This document shows, one piece after another, positions 1-11,082 of a stretch of DNA of 64,000 nt. The DNA lies in contig LSRY02000002.1 of the NCBI GenBank assembly GCA_001643675.2, positions 124,001 to 188,000 on the forward strand, in the 5' to 3' direction. Within the stretch, counting starts at the first letter, position 1. The number at the start of each line of letters is the position of its first letter. The notes below the pieces were generated by a model. That model worked only from the letters and a program-made list of their open reading frames with translations, was not told the origin of the DNA and did not search any database. A program made the position numbers and the translations under genes. The DNA is from Monocercomonoides exilis PA203. Its lineage: Eukaryota > Protista > Preaxostyla.

Positions 1-3000
1 GCGAGTGTTGGGGCAAAGAACGTCAGCGTGGAAGGAAAGACTCGGAAGAGCGGAAATGGAGGTGTGTTTGCAGGGAAAGTGGGAGAAGGGCAGAAAGTGG
101 AGGTGAAGGAGAGCACATTTGTGCAGGATGTGTGCATGGGGAATCCGTCATGTGGAGGATGTGTGTTTGTGAGTGTTGCCGGGAAGGGGGAGTTTGTGTT
201 TGACTCGAACAGGGTGGAGAGGTGTGCAGTGGTGGGAACAGCAGGATATGGAGGAGGAGTGTTTGTGGAGCTGGAGGACAGGGATGCGAAGTACTCGCTT
301 CGAGAGGATGTGTTTGAGGGGAACGCTGCAGCAAAGGGACTGGATGTGTTTGTTGTGTGTGGGGAGCCAGAGGTGATGCTGCGGGAGGATCTGTGGATGG
401 GGACAGTGGATGAGGAGAGCACGCCAGAGGTGAATGTGTGGGTGATGGACTCTGTGACAGACACAGTGATCGACTTGTCAGTGAAGAAGTATCTGTTTCC
501 TGCGGAAGGGGCGATTGTGTATGTGGAGGCAGGGAGAAGCACAGCCGCCGATTCGTGTGGAAGCGAGATCTCGCCCTGTGACAGGTTCATTGATGGGTTC
601 ACGAACATGGGAGAGGAGAAGACGACGATCCAGATGAACAACGGGAACTGGATGGATTATGTGATTGATCGGAAAGGGAAATCGCTGGCAGTGCGGGGGA
701 AAAGTGCTGGATGCAGCTTGGAGGTCAGAGAACATGGGTGCTTCAGGCAGAGCATTGGAGACTCACAGACAACACTGACGCTCAGCCGCCTGGATTTCAG
801 ACTGCCAGAGGTGGCATCAGAGGAAGTGGACGGGCTGATCAGTGTGAGTGTGGGTGTGGTGCTGGTGATGAACTGTGTATTTGGGGCAGGTTCAGGAACA
901 GATGCTGGGGAAGAGGAAGCAGGAGCTGATGTGAGGTGGGAGACAGGGATGAGAATAGTGAGGGAAACCGGAGGAGAGGTCCGGATGAATCAAGTGGCAG
1001 TGGAAGGTGTGAGTTTTGGAGTGGATGGAGGCTTTGTGAAAATGGAGGGAGGAATGCTCATCATGAACAACACGAACATATCGAATGTTGGAGGAACAGG
1101 GAAGGGGTTGATTGAAGGGAGCGGAGAGGCTGAGTTTGGGATGCACAAGGGATGTGTGGAGGAAGTGGATGTGGCAGATGGGGGAGTGGTGTGGATGGAG
1201 AATGTGAGAAGTTTGGAAATAACAGAAGGCAGCACATTCAATGGATGCCGATCTGCTCATGGAGATGGAGGAGGAGTGCGCTGCGAAGTGAGTGAAGGAA
1301 GCAGTTTGTGCATCACAGATGGAGTGTTTACGAGGTGTTGTGTGAATGGTGAAAGCGGAAGAGGGGGAGGAATATATTTGAATGTTGCAAGCACAAAAAT
1401 GGGGGAAATGAATTTTGATGGGCTTGAGTTTTCAGAGAATGCAGGAACATGGGGGAGAGATGTGTTTGTGGAGTGTGAGGATCTGAACAAGACAGTAACT
1501 CGATCTCGATTCCGGTTTGCAGTGAAAAATGAAGAAGGTGAAGTGATTGTTGATATGAAAGGAGTGGATCGGGTGCGATTTGTTGAAGAGGCAGTGGATC
1601 TTGCAGTGTTTCTGGTGGAACATAAGTGGGGAGAAGTGCATGTGAGAGAAGGAGGGTGCGACATGATAGGATGTGGGAGTGAGAAAATGCCATGTGAGAC
1701 ATATTGGAGAGGGGTGAAGAATGCAGATCGTGAAACAGTTGGGGGAGCTAAGATCTTGGTGAAAGGGAAGATGAGAGTTGCCGATTGGTTTGATGTGTCA
1801 GGGATAAGAACGGTGTGCAATGGGGCAGGAGCAGGAGCAGTCACGAGGTGTGTGATGGAGGTTGGGGAGGAGATCAGTGGAGGAGATGGGAAGTGTGTAT
1901 TTGAGAACAGCAGGAGAGCAGGGTTTGAAGGAGTTGAGTTTGTTCTACCAGGGATGTTTGCAAGTGGGCAGGAAGTGGTGCTGCTTTCGGAGACAGATGA
2001 AGGTGCATTGAGCATGACAGATTGCATATTCCAGTTTGGGAGTGGAAGTGTGATGGGATATGGAGTGATGAAGGCAATAGGCGGAAGGGTGGAGCTCGTT
2101 GGATGTTCGATAGAAAAGGCAACATTCAGTGGGAGTGCCTTTGAGTTCAGATCGAGTGTGATGATTGAAGATTGCACAATGAAGAAGGTGAAAGCTCCAG
2201 AAGGGAAGGAGGGAGGAGGGATGAATATGATTGTGAAGTGTGAACAGACACTGGTTCTGAAGAACACAACAGCAGAAGAATGCGAGTGCTCAGTTGCATT
2301 TGGGAGAGGAGGGTTTTTGTTTGTGGACTGCTCAGGGTCGCTGATTGGTCAGCCGTTTGAGCTGAATGGAGTGACGTTCAAATTGAACAGGGCAAAAGTT
2401 GGTGAGCATATGTTTGTTTTGGCAAGAGATCTGAACAAAACTGTGACAACTACTTCGTTTGGGTTTGACTATCAGGGAATGAAAGAGAACGGGAACGGAC
2501 TTGTTGGGAGCGATGAAAGCAGGAACGAGACAGATCTCCTGCGATATGTTGTGGGATACAAGAGCCGGAAGATATATTTAAGTTCAGAAGGGCAGGATGT
2601 GATGCGGTGTGGAAATGTGGACGATCCGTGTGAGACGCTGTGGAAGGGGATGGAGCAAGTGGAGAGGACGGAGGAGATGAAAGAGATTGTGGTGGGAGGA
2701 GAGGCGAGAGTGGAGGATGACTGGACAATGAAGAATATGGTTGTGAGTGGTGTGGGAGGAGGAGGAGAGGAGGAGGATGTGAAGGATGAACTTGTATTCA
2801 GTGGAAAAGGAGGGGAGAGTGTGTTGAGCGAGGATCCGTTCATCACATACGCTGGGACGCTGTGTATTCGGAGGATGAAGATGGTGGTTGGGGGTTCAGG
2901 TGGAGTGGAGAAGAAAGAGATTTTGAGTGGAGGAGGAACGCTGTTGCAAATGGAAAGATGTGTGGTTGGAGGAGCAGGATCTGACGGAGAGTTGTGTGGA

Positions 3001-6000
3001 TCGGTTGTTGTTGTGAAAGCAGGGGCATTGGTGGTGGAGGATGTGAGATTTGAGCGAATGAAGGTGAAGGGCTGTGTGGTGATGGTGTTTGAAGGGGTGA
3101 GCTGCAATCTGAGGGAAGTGCGGATGAGCTCGCAGGAGTATCACGAGGGGTGTGCAATCAGTATTGTGAGCAGCAGTATGAATGATATCGGTCGATTGGA
3201 AAATGCAGGAGGGATGAGTGGAACGTGTGTGACAGTGAATGGATCAATATTTGTGATGGGGGAGCGGGAGGATGATGGGCCGTGTGTTGTGGAGAGTGTG
3301 TGTGGAGGGAGTGTGAAGGTGGTGGTGAATGAGAGCACATTCGAGTCGTGCAAGGCAGGAGAGAGCAAGAAAGGCGGAGTGGTGGAGTTCCGGCTGAATG
3401 AGGGAGGAGAGTTTCGGATGAAGGGAGGGAAGATTGTGCAAAGCAGCTGCTCGATAACACAAGGGCGGGGAGGTGGAGTGTATTTGGGAACAGAGCTTGG
3501 AGGAGATCTGAACTTTGTGTTTGAGAAGGTATCGTTGAGCGGGAACAACGCGTTTGTGGGGCGGGACATCTTTGTTGAGTGTGTGAACATCAGCCGGCAG
3601 ATCAATGAGAGCCAGTTCAAGATGGATCTGCGGCAGGAGGTGTATATCCAAGGGAATGCAATCTATGGGGTGGACAAGCGGAGCGAGACGCCAGTGAACC
3701 TGATGGATCTGATCACAGTATATCAGGCAGCGACGATTGTGGTGTCGAGTGTACTTGGGAAAGGCGGCAGGAACTGGCGGAAGTGCGGGACAGTGGAGCA
3801 GCCATGTCTGACATTGGGATATGGACTGGACCATGTGGTGGCAGAGTTCAACTCGATGCTGGCGGTGGATGGGGAGAGCGAGGTGGAGATGGAGATAGAT
3901 ATTTTGAGCATGGTGGTGAGGTCGAAGAGCTGGGAGATGGCGAGTGTGAAGATTGGGTCGGGCATATCCTGCACAAGGGAACATATGATTTGTGTGGGAG
4001 GGAGCACTGCTGTGGAGCTGGTGGAGTTCAAGATGCCGCGAGTCTTCCCCACATCACACACAAGTCTATTCTGGATGGAGGAAGGAAATGTGATGTTTGA
4101 TCGAGTGAGGTTTTGCTCAATGGAAGGAGACGGACACAAGGCATCTGTTCCTATTCTCATGGAGTGTGCAAGTGGGAAACTGGAGATGAGGGGGTGTGAA
4201 ATGGAGGATGTGTGTGGTGAGTGCTTGCTGAGGTGTGGAGGAGCTGTGACTGTGAGACAGCTGAGGATCGGGAATGTTGAGTGCCGAGGAGGGGGGATAG
4301 TGGTGAGAGAAGGGAGCATGGTGATTGACGAGTTGAAGGCTGAGGGGATGAGGATGGAGAAGGGGTCAGTGGTGGAGATGGAGGAAGCAGCAGGTGGAGA
4401 TGAAGCGAGCAGTGTGCAAGTGAGTCGTGCTGTGTTTGTGAACATATCGAGTGCTGGAGAGAGAGCAGCAGCAGTGACGAGTCGATGCAAGGGAGCAAAG
4501 TTGGAGCTGTCTAACTGTTCGTTCGAGATGTGTCAGAGCTCAGGAGCAAAGGGAAGTGTGATTGGGGTGTGGAAGAGCAGGGAGGTTGTGCTGGATGGGT
4601 GCAAGATTGATGGGAGTGAGACAGAAAGCACTTCGAATGTGAATGCAGATGCAGCTGAGGAGATCTGCAGGTGGAATGGATCTGTTGCAGACATATCGGA
4701 GACTGAAGGGAAAGTGAGAGACACAACAATATGGAATGCAAAGCATGGAGCACTGTCTGTTTCTGGTGGGGAAGTTTCAATTGAGTCAGGAAACTTCAGC
4801 AATAACAATCCATCGATAACAAAATATCCTTCAGTGAGAAGGAACATTATATGCTCTGGTTCAGGCACACTGAATGTGAAGAGCCTGAAAGGTGGAGACG
4901 GGATAAAAGATGGTTCTTCTCTATGGATTCTGAATGATGGATGTGTGATGAGTGGGATTGGATCAGAACGAGAATCAGTGTTGTTCATCCCCACACTTCG
5001 ATCAGTTGAAACAGAGGAGAAAGAAGGAACATTGAATATTGTGTTCAGAGGCACTCTTCTTCTGCCATGCAACTTGTCATTCATGGTTGTGAAGCGCGTT
5101 AGGGATGAGAAAGAGATTGTGAAGTATTCATTTCTGGAGGAAGGGTATGTATCAGAGACTGAAGTGAAAGGGATTGTGGAGAAAGAGCTGATCAGCAACT
5201 GTGGAGAAGAGACCGAAGTGAGTGTGAGCATTCTGTTTGGAGATACCAATAATCCATCTTCAACTGATTCTTTCATTCTGAAAAACAGAAGTGAGCCCAA
5301 AACAAATGGAGATGAAAGGATTGTCGAAGGAGAAAAAGAAGGGAAATTTTCATGGACTTTGATTATTTGCATTGCGATCGTGGCAATACTGTTAATTGTA
5401 TCCATCATATTCATTGTTCGGTGGAAGAAGGTGAAGAATGAAGCAGAAGATCTGAGAGAGATTGTGAATGATAACATCAGAAAGGATCCAAAGGCATTTG
5501 AGATGGTGACGATGGAGATGTCACCTGAGGAGCAGTGGCGAAGAGCAGAGAAGGAAGCAGAAAAGAAGAATGAAGAGAGGATAAAGAAGAGGGTGTATGA
5601 TAAAAGCTTGGGACATTCGGAGTCGTCTGAGCATCTTCTGTCTGAGAGTGGCTCCACTGAATACATTTTGGGGAAAGATTCAGACAAGATACCAGAATGG
5701 GCATTGGAAAAAGTGGAAGAAGAAGAGATTAGAAAGCGAACTCCTTCACCATCAATTTCATCCACTTCTACCACAGATACTTCAGACACAGACACAACAT
5801 TTGTTAGAACGGAGAGTCTGTGTCCAACCACCTCATCGATGTCGAACTTGGTGGATGCGATGGCCTGCTCATCACCTCATGAGAAGCTGATTGTGGATCT
5901 GAGAGATTCGCTGTTCATGCTGCTTCATGGGAGGAATAAAACAAAGGAGATGGCGATTGGGACGCTGGAAGAAAGGGTGATAACTGCTGCACAGATCCTG

Positions 6001-6690
6001 TTCTGGGTGGCTAATCTTGCTCTTCATTCATTTGATGAAATGGAAAATCCTCTTCAATCATTATCCAATTTGAGTCCCCACATTGTATTATTCTCTGAGC
6101 ACATGGTGATCTGCATAGTGATGCATTCTGTTTTATTGTCAGATGATGATTCAGATTCATCATCCATCTCCTCGTCAACAGTTGTGACTTCTGCAAGTGA
6201 TGATGATGATAGTAACTCTCTTCCCTCATCCGCCTTTGAGGATGAAGATGACTTCAAAAAAGAGTGCATGAGGTGGAAGGCGCCTGAGCTGCTGATCAAC
6301 AAGAAGATGGAGGCGACAAAGGAATCAGTGGCATTCTCTATTGGGATGATGCTGTGGGAGTGCCTGACGCTGGAGATTCCGTTTGGGGATTATGAAGCAG
6401 AAGTGGCAGGGCAGAAGATTGTGAATGGAGAGAGACCGAGACTGGAGATGATTAAAGGCACACGCTTGTTTGGGGTTGCGAAGAGGAGCTTGTCAGCGGT
6501 GATGGAAGAGCGGCCAGGATTGGTTGGGATGAAGCGGGAATTCCTTGGATGCTTTCCACCAGGCACTTTTGTGATGACGATGTCGGATGCGGTTGGGTAT
6601 GATGCAGAATCAGACAGAGGCAGAGAGAGCGGGAGAAGAGGTTCTGGCGAATCAAAAGAGGGGCTGGAGGAAGATAACAACAAAAGCTGA
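1..6690 (+). CDS. Giant single-pass receptor-like protein (beta-helix/GGG-repeat ectodomain, TM helix, degenerate TKL-type kinase-like tail); 5' end lies outside the window
   Basis: The frame is open from base 1 to TGA at 6688-6690. The ectodomain has four repeats of 'hyV...G.D...CG....PC' and many GGGVFV/GGGIYL/GxDVFV motifs. A TM segment (WTLIICIAIVAILLIVSIIFIV) is followed by RWKK. The C-terminus keeps kinase subdomain VIII-IX/XI motifs (RWKAPE, FSIGMMLWECLTLEIPF, EERP). Confidence 0.85.
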   Translation, partial: ASVGAKNVSVEGKTRKSGNGGVFAGKVGEGQKVEVKESTFVQDVCMGNPSCGGCVFVSVAGKGEFVFDSNRVERCAVVGTAGYGGGVFVELEDRDAKYSLREDVFEGNAAAKGLDVFVVCGEPEVMLREDLWMGTVDEESTPEVNVWVMDSVTDTVIDLSVKKYLFPAEGAIVYVEAGRSTAADSCGSEISPCDRFIDGFTNMGEEKTTIQMNNGNWMDYVIDRKGKSLAVRGKSAGCSLEVREHGCFRQSIGDSQTTLTLSRLDFRLPEVASEEVDGLISVSVGVVLVMNCVFGAGSGTDAGEEEAGADVRWETGMRIVRETGGEVRMNQVAVEGVSFGVDGGFVKMEGGMLIMNNTNISNVGGTGKGLIEGSGEAEFGMHKGCVEEVDVADGGVVWMENVRSLEITEGSTFNGCRSAHGDGGGVRCEVSEGSSLCITDGVFTRCCVNGESGRGGGIYLNVASTKMGEMNFDGLEFSENAGTWGRDVFVECEDLNKTVTRSRFRFAVKNEEGEVIVDMKGVDRVRFVEEAVDLAVFLVEHKWGEVHVREGGCDMIGCGSEKMPCETYWRGVKNADRETVGGAKILVKGKMRVADWFDVSGIRTVCNGAGAGAVTRCVMEVGEEISGGDGKCVFENSRRAGFEGVEFVLPGMFASGQEVVLLSETDEGALSMTDCIFQFGSGSVMGYGVMKAIGGRVELVGCSIEKATFSGSAFEFRSSVMIEDCTMKKVKAPEGKEGGGMNMIVKCEQTLVLKNTTAEECECSVAFGRGGFLFVDCSGSLIGQPFELNGVTFKLNRAKVGEHMFVLARDLNKTVTTTSFGFDYQGMKENGNGLVGSDESRNETDLLRYVVGYKSRKIYLSSEGQDVMRCGNVDDPCETLWKGMEQVERTEEMKEIVVGGEARVEDDWTMKNMVVSGVGGGGEEEDVKDELVFSGKGGESVLSEDPFITYAGTLCIRRMKMVVGGSGGVEKKEILSGGGTLLQMERCVVGGAGSDGELCGSVVVVKAGALVVEDVRFERMKVKGCVVMVFEGVSCNLREVRMSSQEYHEGCAISIVSSSMNDIGRLENAGGMSGTCVTVNGSIFVMGEREDDGPCVVESVCGGSVKVVVNESTFESCKAGESKKGGVVEFRLNEGGEFRMKGGKIVQSSCSITQGRGGGVYLGTELGGDLNFVFEKVSLSGNNAFVGRDIFVECVNISRQINESQFKMDLRQEVYIQGNAIYGVDKRSETPVNLMDLITVYQAATIVVSSVLGKGGRNWRKCGTVEQPCLTLGYGLDHVVAEFNSMLAVDGESEVEMEIDILSMVVRSKSWEMASVKIGSGISCTREHMICVGGSTAVELVEFKMPRVFPTSHTSLFWMEEGNVMFDRVRFCSMEGDGHKASVPILMECASGKLEMRGCEMEDVCGECLLRCGGAVTVRQLRIGNVECRGGGIVVREGSMVIDELKAEGMRMEKGSVVEMEEAAGGDEASSVQVSRAVFVNISSAGERAAAVTSRCKGAKLELSNCSFEMCQSSGAKGSVIGVWKSREVVLDGCKIDGSETESTSNVNADAAEEICRWNGSVADISETEGKVRDTTIWNAKHGALSVSGGEVSIESGNFSNNNPSITKYPSVRRNIICSGSGTLNVKSLKGGDGIKDGSSLWILNDGCVMSGIGSERESVLFIPTLRSVETEEKEGTLNIVFRGTLLLPCNLSFMVVKRVRDEKEIVKYSFLEEGYVSETEVKGIVEKELISNCGEETEVSVSILFGDTNNPSSTDSFILKNRSEPKTNGDERIVEGEKEGKFSWTLIICIAIVAILLIVSIIFIVRWKKVKNEAEDLREIVNDNIRKDPKAFEMVTMEMSPEEQWRRAEKEAEKKNEERIKKRVYDKSLGHSESSEHLLSESGSTEYILGKDSDKIPEWALEKVEEEEIRKRTPSPSISSTSTTDTSDTDTTFVRTESLCPTTSSMSNLVDAMACSSPHEKLIVDLRDSLFMLLHGRNKTKEMAIGTLEERVITAAQILFWVANLALHSFDEMENPLQSLSNLSPHIVLFSEHMVICIVMHSVLLSDDDSDSSSISSSTVVTSASDDDDSNSLPSSAFEDEDDFKKECMRWKAPELLINKKMEATKESVAFSIGMMLWECLTLEIPFGDYEAEVAGQKIVNGERPRLEMIKGTRLFGVAKRSLSAVMEERPGLVGMKREFLGCFPPGTFVMTMSDAVGYDAESDRGRESGRRGSGESKEGLEEDNNKS

Positions 6691-7933
6691 AACAGGCTCC
6701 ACAAGCACGAAATGTGTTTGGGAAAGCAGAAAAGAATGATGAACCGGAAAATAAAGAAAGCAATATGCTGTCTTTGCTTGAAAATCCCATTTTATTGACA
6801 ACTTTCTTTGTTTCATTGAGATGAGAAGGGATTGTAATTCTTGGAATAACATAACCATTCGCCAATTATAATTGCATTTATTTGTTGTATTCAAAAAAAT
6901 TTTTTTGTTTCTATTTCTCATTTTTTTTAACGTTTTCAGTTTGGAATTTTAAGTATCTTGTTGTTGAAAAGATATTTTTCATTTTTTTTGTTCATGATTT
7001 TTGGTTTTTAAAGAGAAATGCATGCAATCATTCACAGACGGCACATGCATATCTCTGTGTGGAATTTGTAGTTTTGCCTATTCAAGCATTTTTTATTTTT
7101 ATTCAGCACCCATTTTCAATCGAGATTTGTGTTTTGTCGATATGTATTCATCTTGTTTTTATTTCATTTTCATTGCATTCACCTGTTGAGAACGTTAGAA
7201 CATGGAGAGGAATTGCTTCAATTCATTTTTGGAGAAATCTTGAGAGTTTCCGTTTTTGTGAAGTGCTTTTGTCAAAGCAATTACTGTTTGAGTGAATATT
7301 TCGTTTTTCCATTCTTCAAGTGCATTTTTATGAGCAAAAACAAAGAACACCCGCAAATGAAGAACACATTTATATTTTTCAATCTTGATGTTTGTTGAAC
7401 AAAAATCAGAAAAAGCAATCCAGAAAAAATGATTGTGGTATAAACTCCTTTTTCATTCCTTTTTATTTGAATCTTTCAGTTGACAAATAAAAAGTCCAAG
7501 GGCTGCTATCTGCCATTCTCTTTGTAACTCCTCAAAGCCCAATTCTCATTCTCTCGAAAAGACCAGCATTGCATCCATTTCGGTTCCCTCGTCTTCCCCC
7601 TCTTTCCCCCTCAATCCCAGTTCATCTTTGCAATATCAAATTCAACCTGTTGCAATTCCTTTTGCACTTCAAAGGAGAACAACAAACATTCTACATTCTC
7701 CAAACAAAACACGTACAAAAAATAGAGAAAGAGGACTTCGAAGCACAAAATTTGTCAAAAAAGAAAATGAAAAGAAAAACACACATTCATCGTGCTTCAG
7801 CCAAATCACACAGCCCAAGCAGCACAGAAGCCCTCCAAATGCTCGTCTTTCTGTCTCTTCCTTGATGCCTCTGGCCATCTCCTCCTCTGTCTCGGTTGAC
7901 TTTTCTTTCCGCTGTCCGCCCTCCCTCTCCTGC

Positions 7934-10860
7934 TCACCTTCCCGGCTTCTTCTCCTTCCGCCCAAGCCCCAGCACAAGCCGCGCAAGCAGCCGCTTCCCA
8001 AACCCCACAAGCTGCTCCCAGATCGTCATCTTCTCCCTCTGCTTCCTCCTCCTCATTTCCTCTGCCTCTGCCTCTGCCTCTGCCTCTGCCTTCCTCCGCC
8101 TCGCCTCCTCCTCTCTCTTCTGCTCCACCACCAGCTGCTCCACCATCTCCCCTCGTCTCCTCCACACCCCTCCATCTGCCCCACACCTCCACGCTCTCTT
8201 CTCCCCTGCCATCTCCTCTTTCCTTCCTTCTCCCCCTGCTTCGAAGTGGTGTTCTGCTGACTCCTCGTGCTGCACTCCCTTCGGTGTCAGCAGACATGCG
8301 CTCTCCTGCATCCTCTGCTCCACCCTTTCTGGGCTTGGCGCCACCCCCGCAAATCCGTTCGTGCGCTCCAGAAACGGGGTGGTCACGCTCCACTCTCTCT
8401 GCACGCCTTCTCCTGAGTCTCTCCTGTTCCTCTCCTCCCCATCCTTAGATCCCTCCAAGCAGCCTTTCGGTTGTTCTTCTTCCTCGTTCAGCAACAGTGA
8501 ATGTGTCTGAGAATCTGGTTGAAGTGATTTGTGTGAATTCGGTGCAGTGGCTGGTGAAATGTCTGGTGAAATGTCTGGCGAGGTGAATGGTGAAGTGTGT
8601 TGATGCCCAGCTGCATCCTGACCGATTCCACCACTTGTGCTCCCCTGTTCTATTTTGTCGGTTGCACCCATATCCTCCTGCCAAGCATGAAGTGTTGTTG
8701 GAGCTGCTCTCGATCCTGCCCCATCGTCTCTTCTGCAATCCATCCTTCTTTCTTTCTCTTTCCCCTCCTTTTTCTCCAAATTCATTTTCCACACCCCAAC
8801 AAATATTTCCTCTGCTCTCCCAACCAGCCTCTCCAGACTGCGCTGCTTCCTCTTGCTCACAAAAATCTCTTTTCCACCCTCTCTTCTCTCCTTCTCCTCC
8901 TCCCCAACACAGACTGACACCCCTGCCAATCCTGCTGCATCTGCTGAAGGCCTCGCAGAAGTGGACGATGAAGAAGCAGATGAAGTTGAAGAAGGCGATA
9001 CAAAAGAAAACGGAGAAGGGAAAGTCACATACGATGTCGAAGAGGATGATGAAGAAGATGAAGTTGATGAAGATGGCAAAGGAGAAACGGATGAAATGGG
9101 TGAAAACAAAGAAGAGAGTGATGATGATGGTGATGACGATGCCTGAGGCATTGGTGTGTCTGCCTCTGCTTCTTTCTCCAGTGACACGTTCTTTGCCAGC
9201 GTCTTCAGCCGGAGCAGGTCTCGCGTGCTCAGCATCTTCGCTCGCATCCCCTGCTGCCCAAGCAGCGCCACCCCAATGCACATCTCAAACGGCGTCCCAA
9301 TCGCAACAACCCGATCCAGCAGCCACACACGCTCACCACAAAAATCAGTTCCCAAACAGCACAAGCAAGAAATAAAGAAAAGAGAAAAAAAAATAAATTG
9401 AAGAAAAATAATTGTTGAAACAAATATTTGTGACAATGCAAAGAAGAAGAGCATTGCCCCTTCCCTCAAAAATACCAACCCACCTGCACCTCCAAAATCA
9501 GCTCTCCAAATGCCCAACCCTCGCAAACCTCGTCCAGCTCCAGCGACCGATAGAACGTCCCCAGCCACTCCCCCGCATACAGCATCCCCGAGAACCCGCA
9601 TTCCCTCAGATGCGCTGCCAGCTCCGGCTCTCCAACACCCAGCACTTCCTCAAACATCTCCACCGCCTTCCCCAGCTCTGCCCCGTCTGCGTGGAAGCAC
9701 CCCCCAAAATAGCCCCGCAGCACATCCCCCAGCACCCGCCCTCCCCGCATCCATCTCGTTCCTGCCTCCAGCTCCTGCTTCCTCACCTTCTCCTTCTCTT
9801 CTTCATTCGACAAGCCACACGCCCCTCTGCCCCGAAGCCCTGCCCACACCACCGCCCCGATCTCCACCATCCCCTGCACATACCCCGGCACCGGCCGCTC
9901 CTCCACCACCCGCCCCACCATCTCCCGCACTGCCTCCACCCCTTCCCCATTCTCTCCTGCAGCCTCCTTCCACCCCACACCCCCAATCCGCCCCAAGTCC
10001 TTCTCCAGCCGCTCCCTGTTCGTTCCGGCTCCCTCTGCCCTCTCTGCCCCTTCCGCCTCTGCCCCCGTGCAGCACAAAGCAGCAAAGAAAGGAACATCAA
10101 AATGCACAAAATAAAGCAAAACAGATTCAAGCCAGTTGTCCACCACATCAAATGCCTCAAAAAAGAAAAAAAAAAAACTAATAATCATTCGAGCACACCT
10201 CCAACCCCAGGCGTCCCATTGTCTGCCCCAAACCGGTCCAGCTGCGCCTCTGCTGCTGCCAGCGCTCCCCACACTTCTCCCCGCAACCCTCCTGGCACTC
10301 CATGCCTCGCCACAGCCACCTTCCGCACCAGGCAAAAACCCACAAAGCATTGCACAACGATGCAGGAGCGGAGGAAAAGGAAGTGAGGCAACGCATCCGA
10401 GATTAAAAAAATGAAAACAAAAAAATTTTTTGAAAGTGAAAGTGAAAGTGAAAACGAAAACGAAAACGAAAAAGGATTTCAGACTCGAAGCTCCTCCAGC
10501 GTGGCTGGAAGCCCCCTCAGCAGTCGTGCAACGGGGTTTTCTTCTAATCTGCCCGACTGCTCAGCTGCAGTTCCCAACGTTGTTGTGTTGCTCGTCCTGC
10601 CCTGTCTTCGCCGAAGTCGATGTGGAGTTTTGTCTCGAAAATCAAACACCCAAAAATTCTCTGTTTTTATGCCGTGATGGCCCACTCTCGTAAAAATATC
10701 GGTTCTTTGTGTTGCGGTGTGCCGCTGCGGTTTCTTCCGCCCCAGAAAGCAGAAAAAGCGGATCTGCGAATTTTGTGTTGATCCTGCCCACACTCGCCTC
10801 CACCCCTCCAAACACAGAAATCTCTCCACATCTGGTGGAGCACCGCAAAAATAAAACATG
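7934..10860 (-). CDS. TBC-domain Rab GTPase-activating protein, multi-exon, with a Ser-rich and coiled-coil C-terminal tail; start codon uncertain
   Basis: TBC motifs are spread across ORF fragments: ELR|VAVARHGVPGGLRGEVW, LEKDLGR (Arg finger), PGYVQGM (Gln finger), EPELAAHLRECG...YAGEWLGTFYRSL, then DE|RVWLLDRVV (intron ~9332-9528). T-rich GT-AG introns separate the fragments. Confidence 0.75.
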
Positions 10861-11082
10861 GAAAAAAAAGCAGGACTTCTGAAGTGGACACTCTGATTCT
10901 TGCCCGAGCACACAGCCAGAAAATTAACAGATAAAAAAAAACAAAAAAACAAAAAATACAAAAAATTCAAAAAACAGAAAAAGAGCAATGACACAAAAAG
11001 CTGTGTGAAAAGGCTGCCGAGCAAATAGAACAGAAAATGAAAAACGAGGAAATTAATAGAATATCTTGCAGCACTCGCCACA

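Noticed and set aside
478-5831. Many long minus-strand ORFs (for example 1257-2267 and 4533-5831)
   Set aside because: Antisense shadows of the G-rich receptor gene; the biased codon usage suppresses stops.
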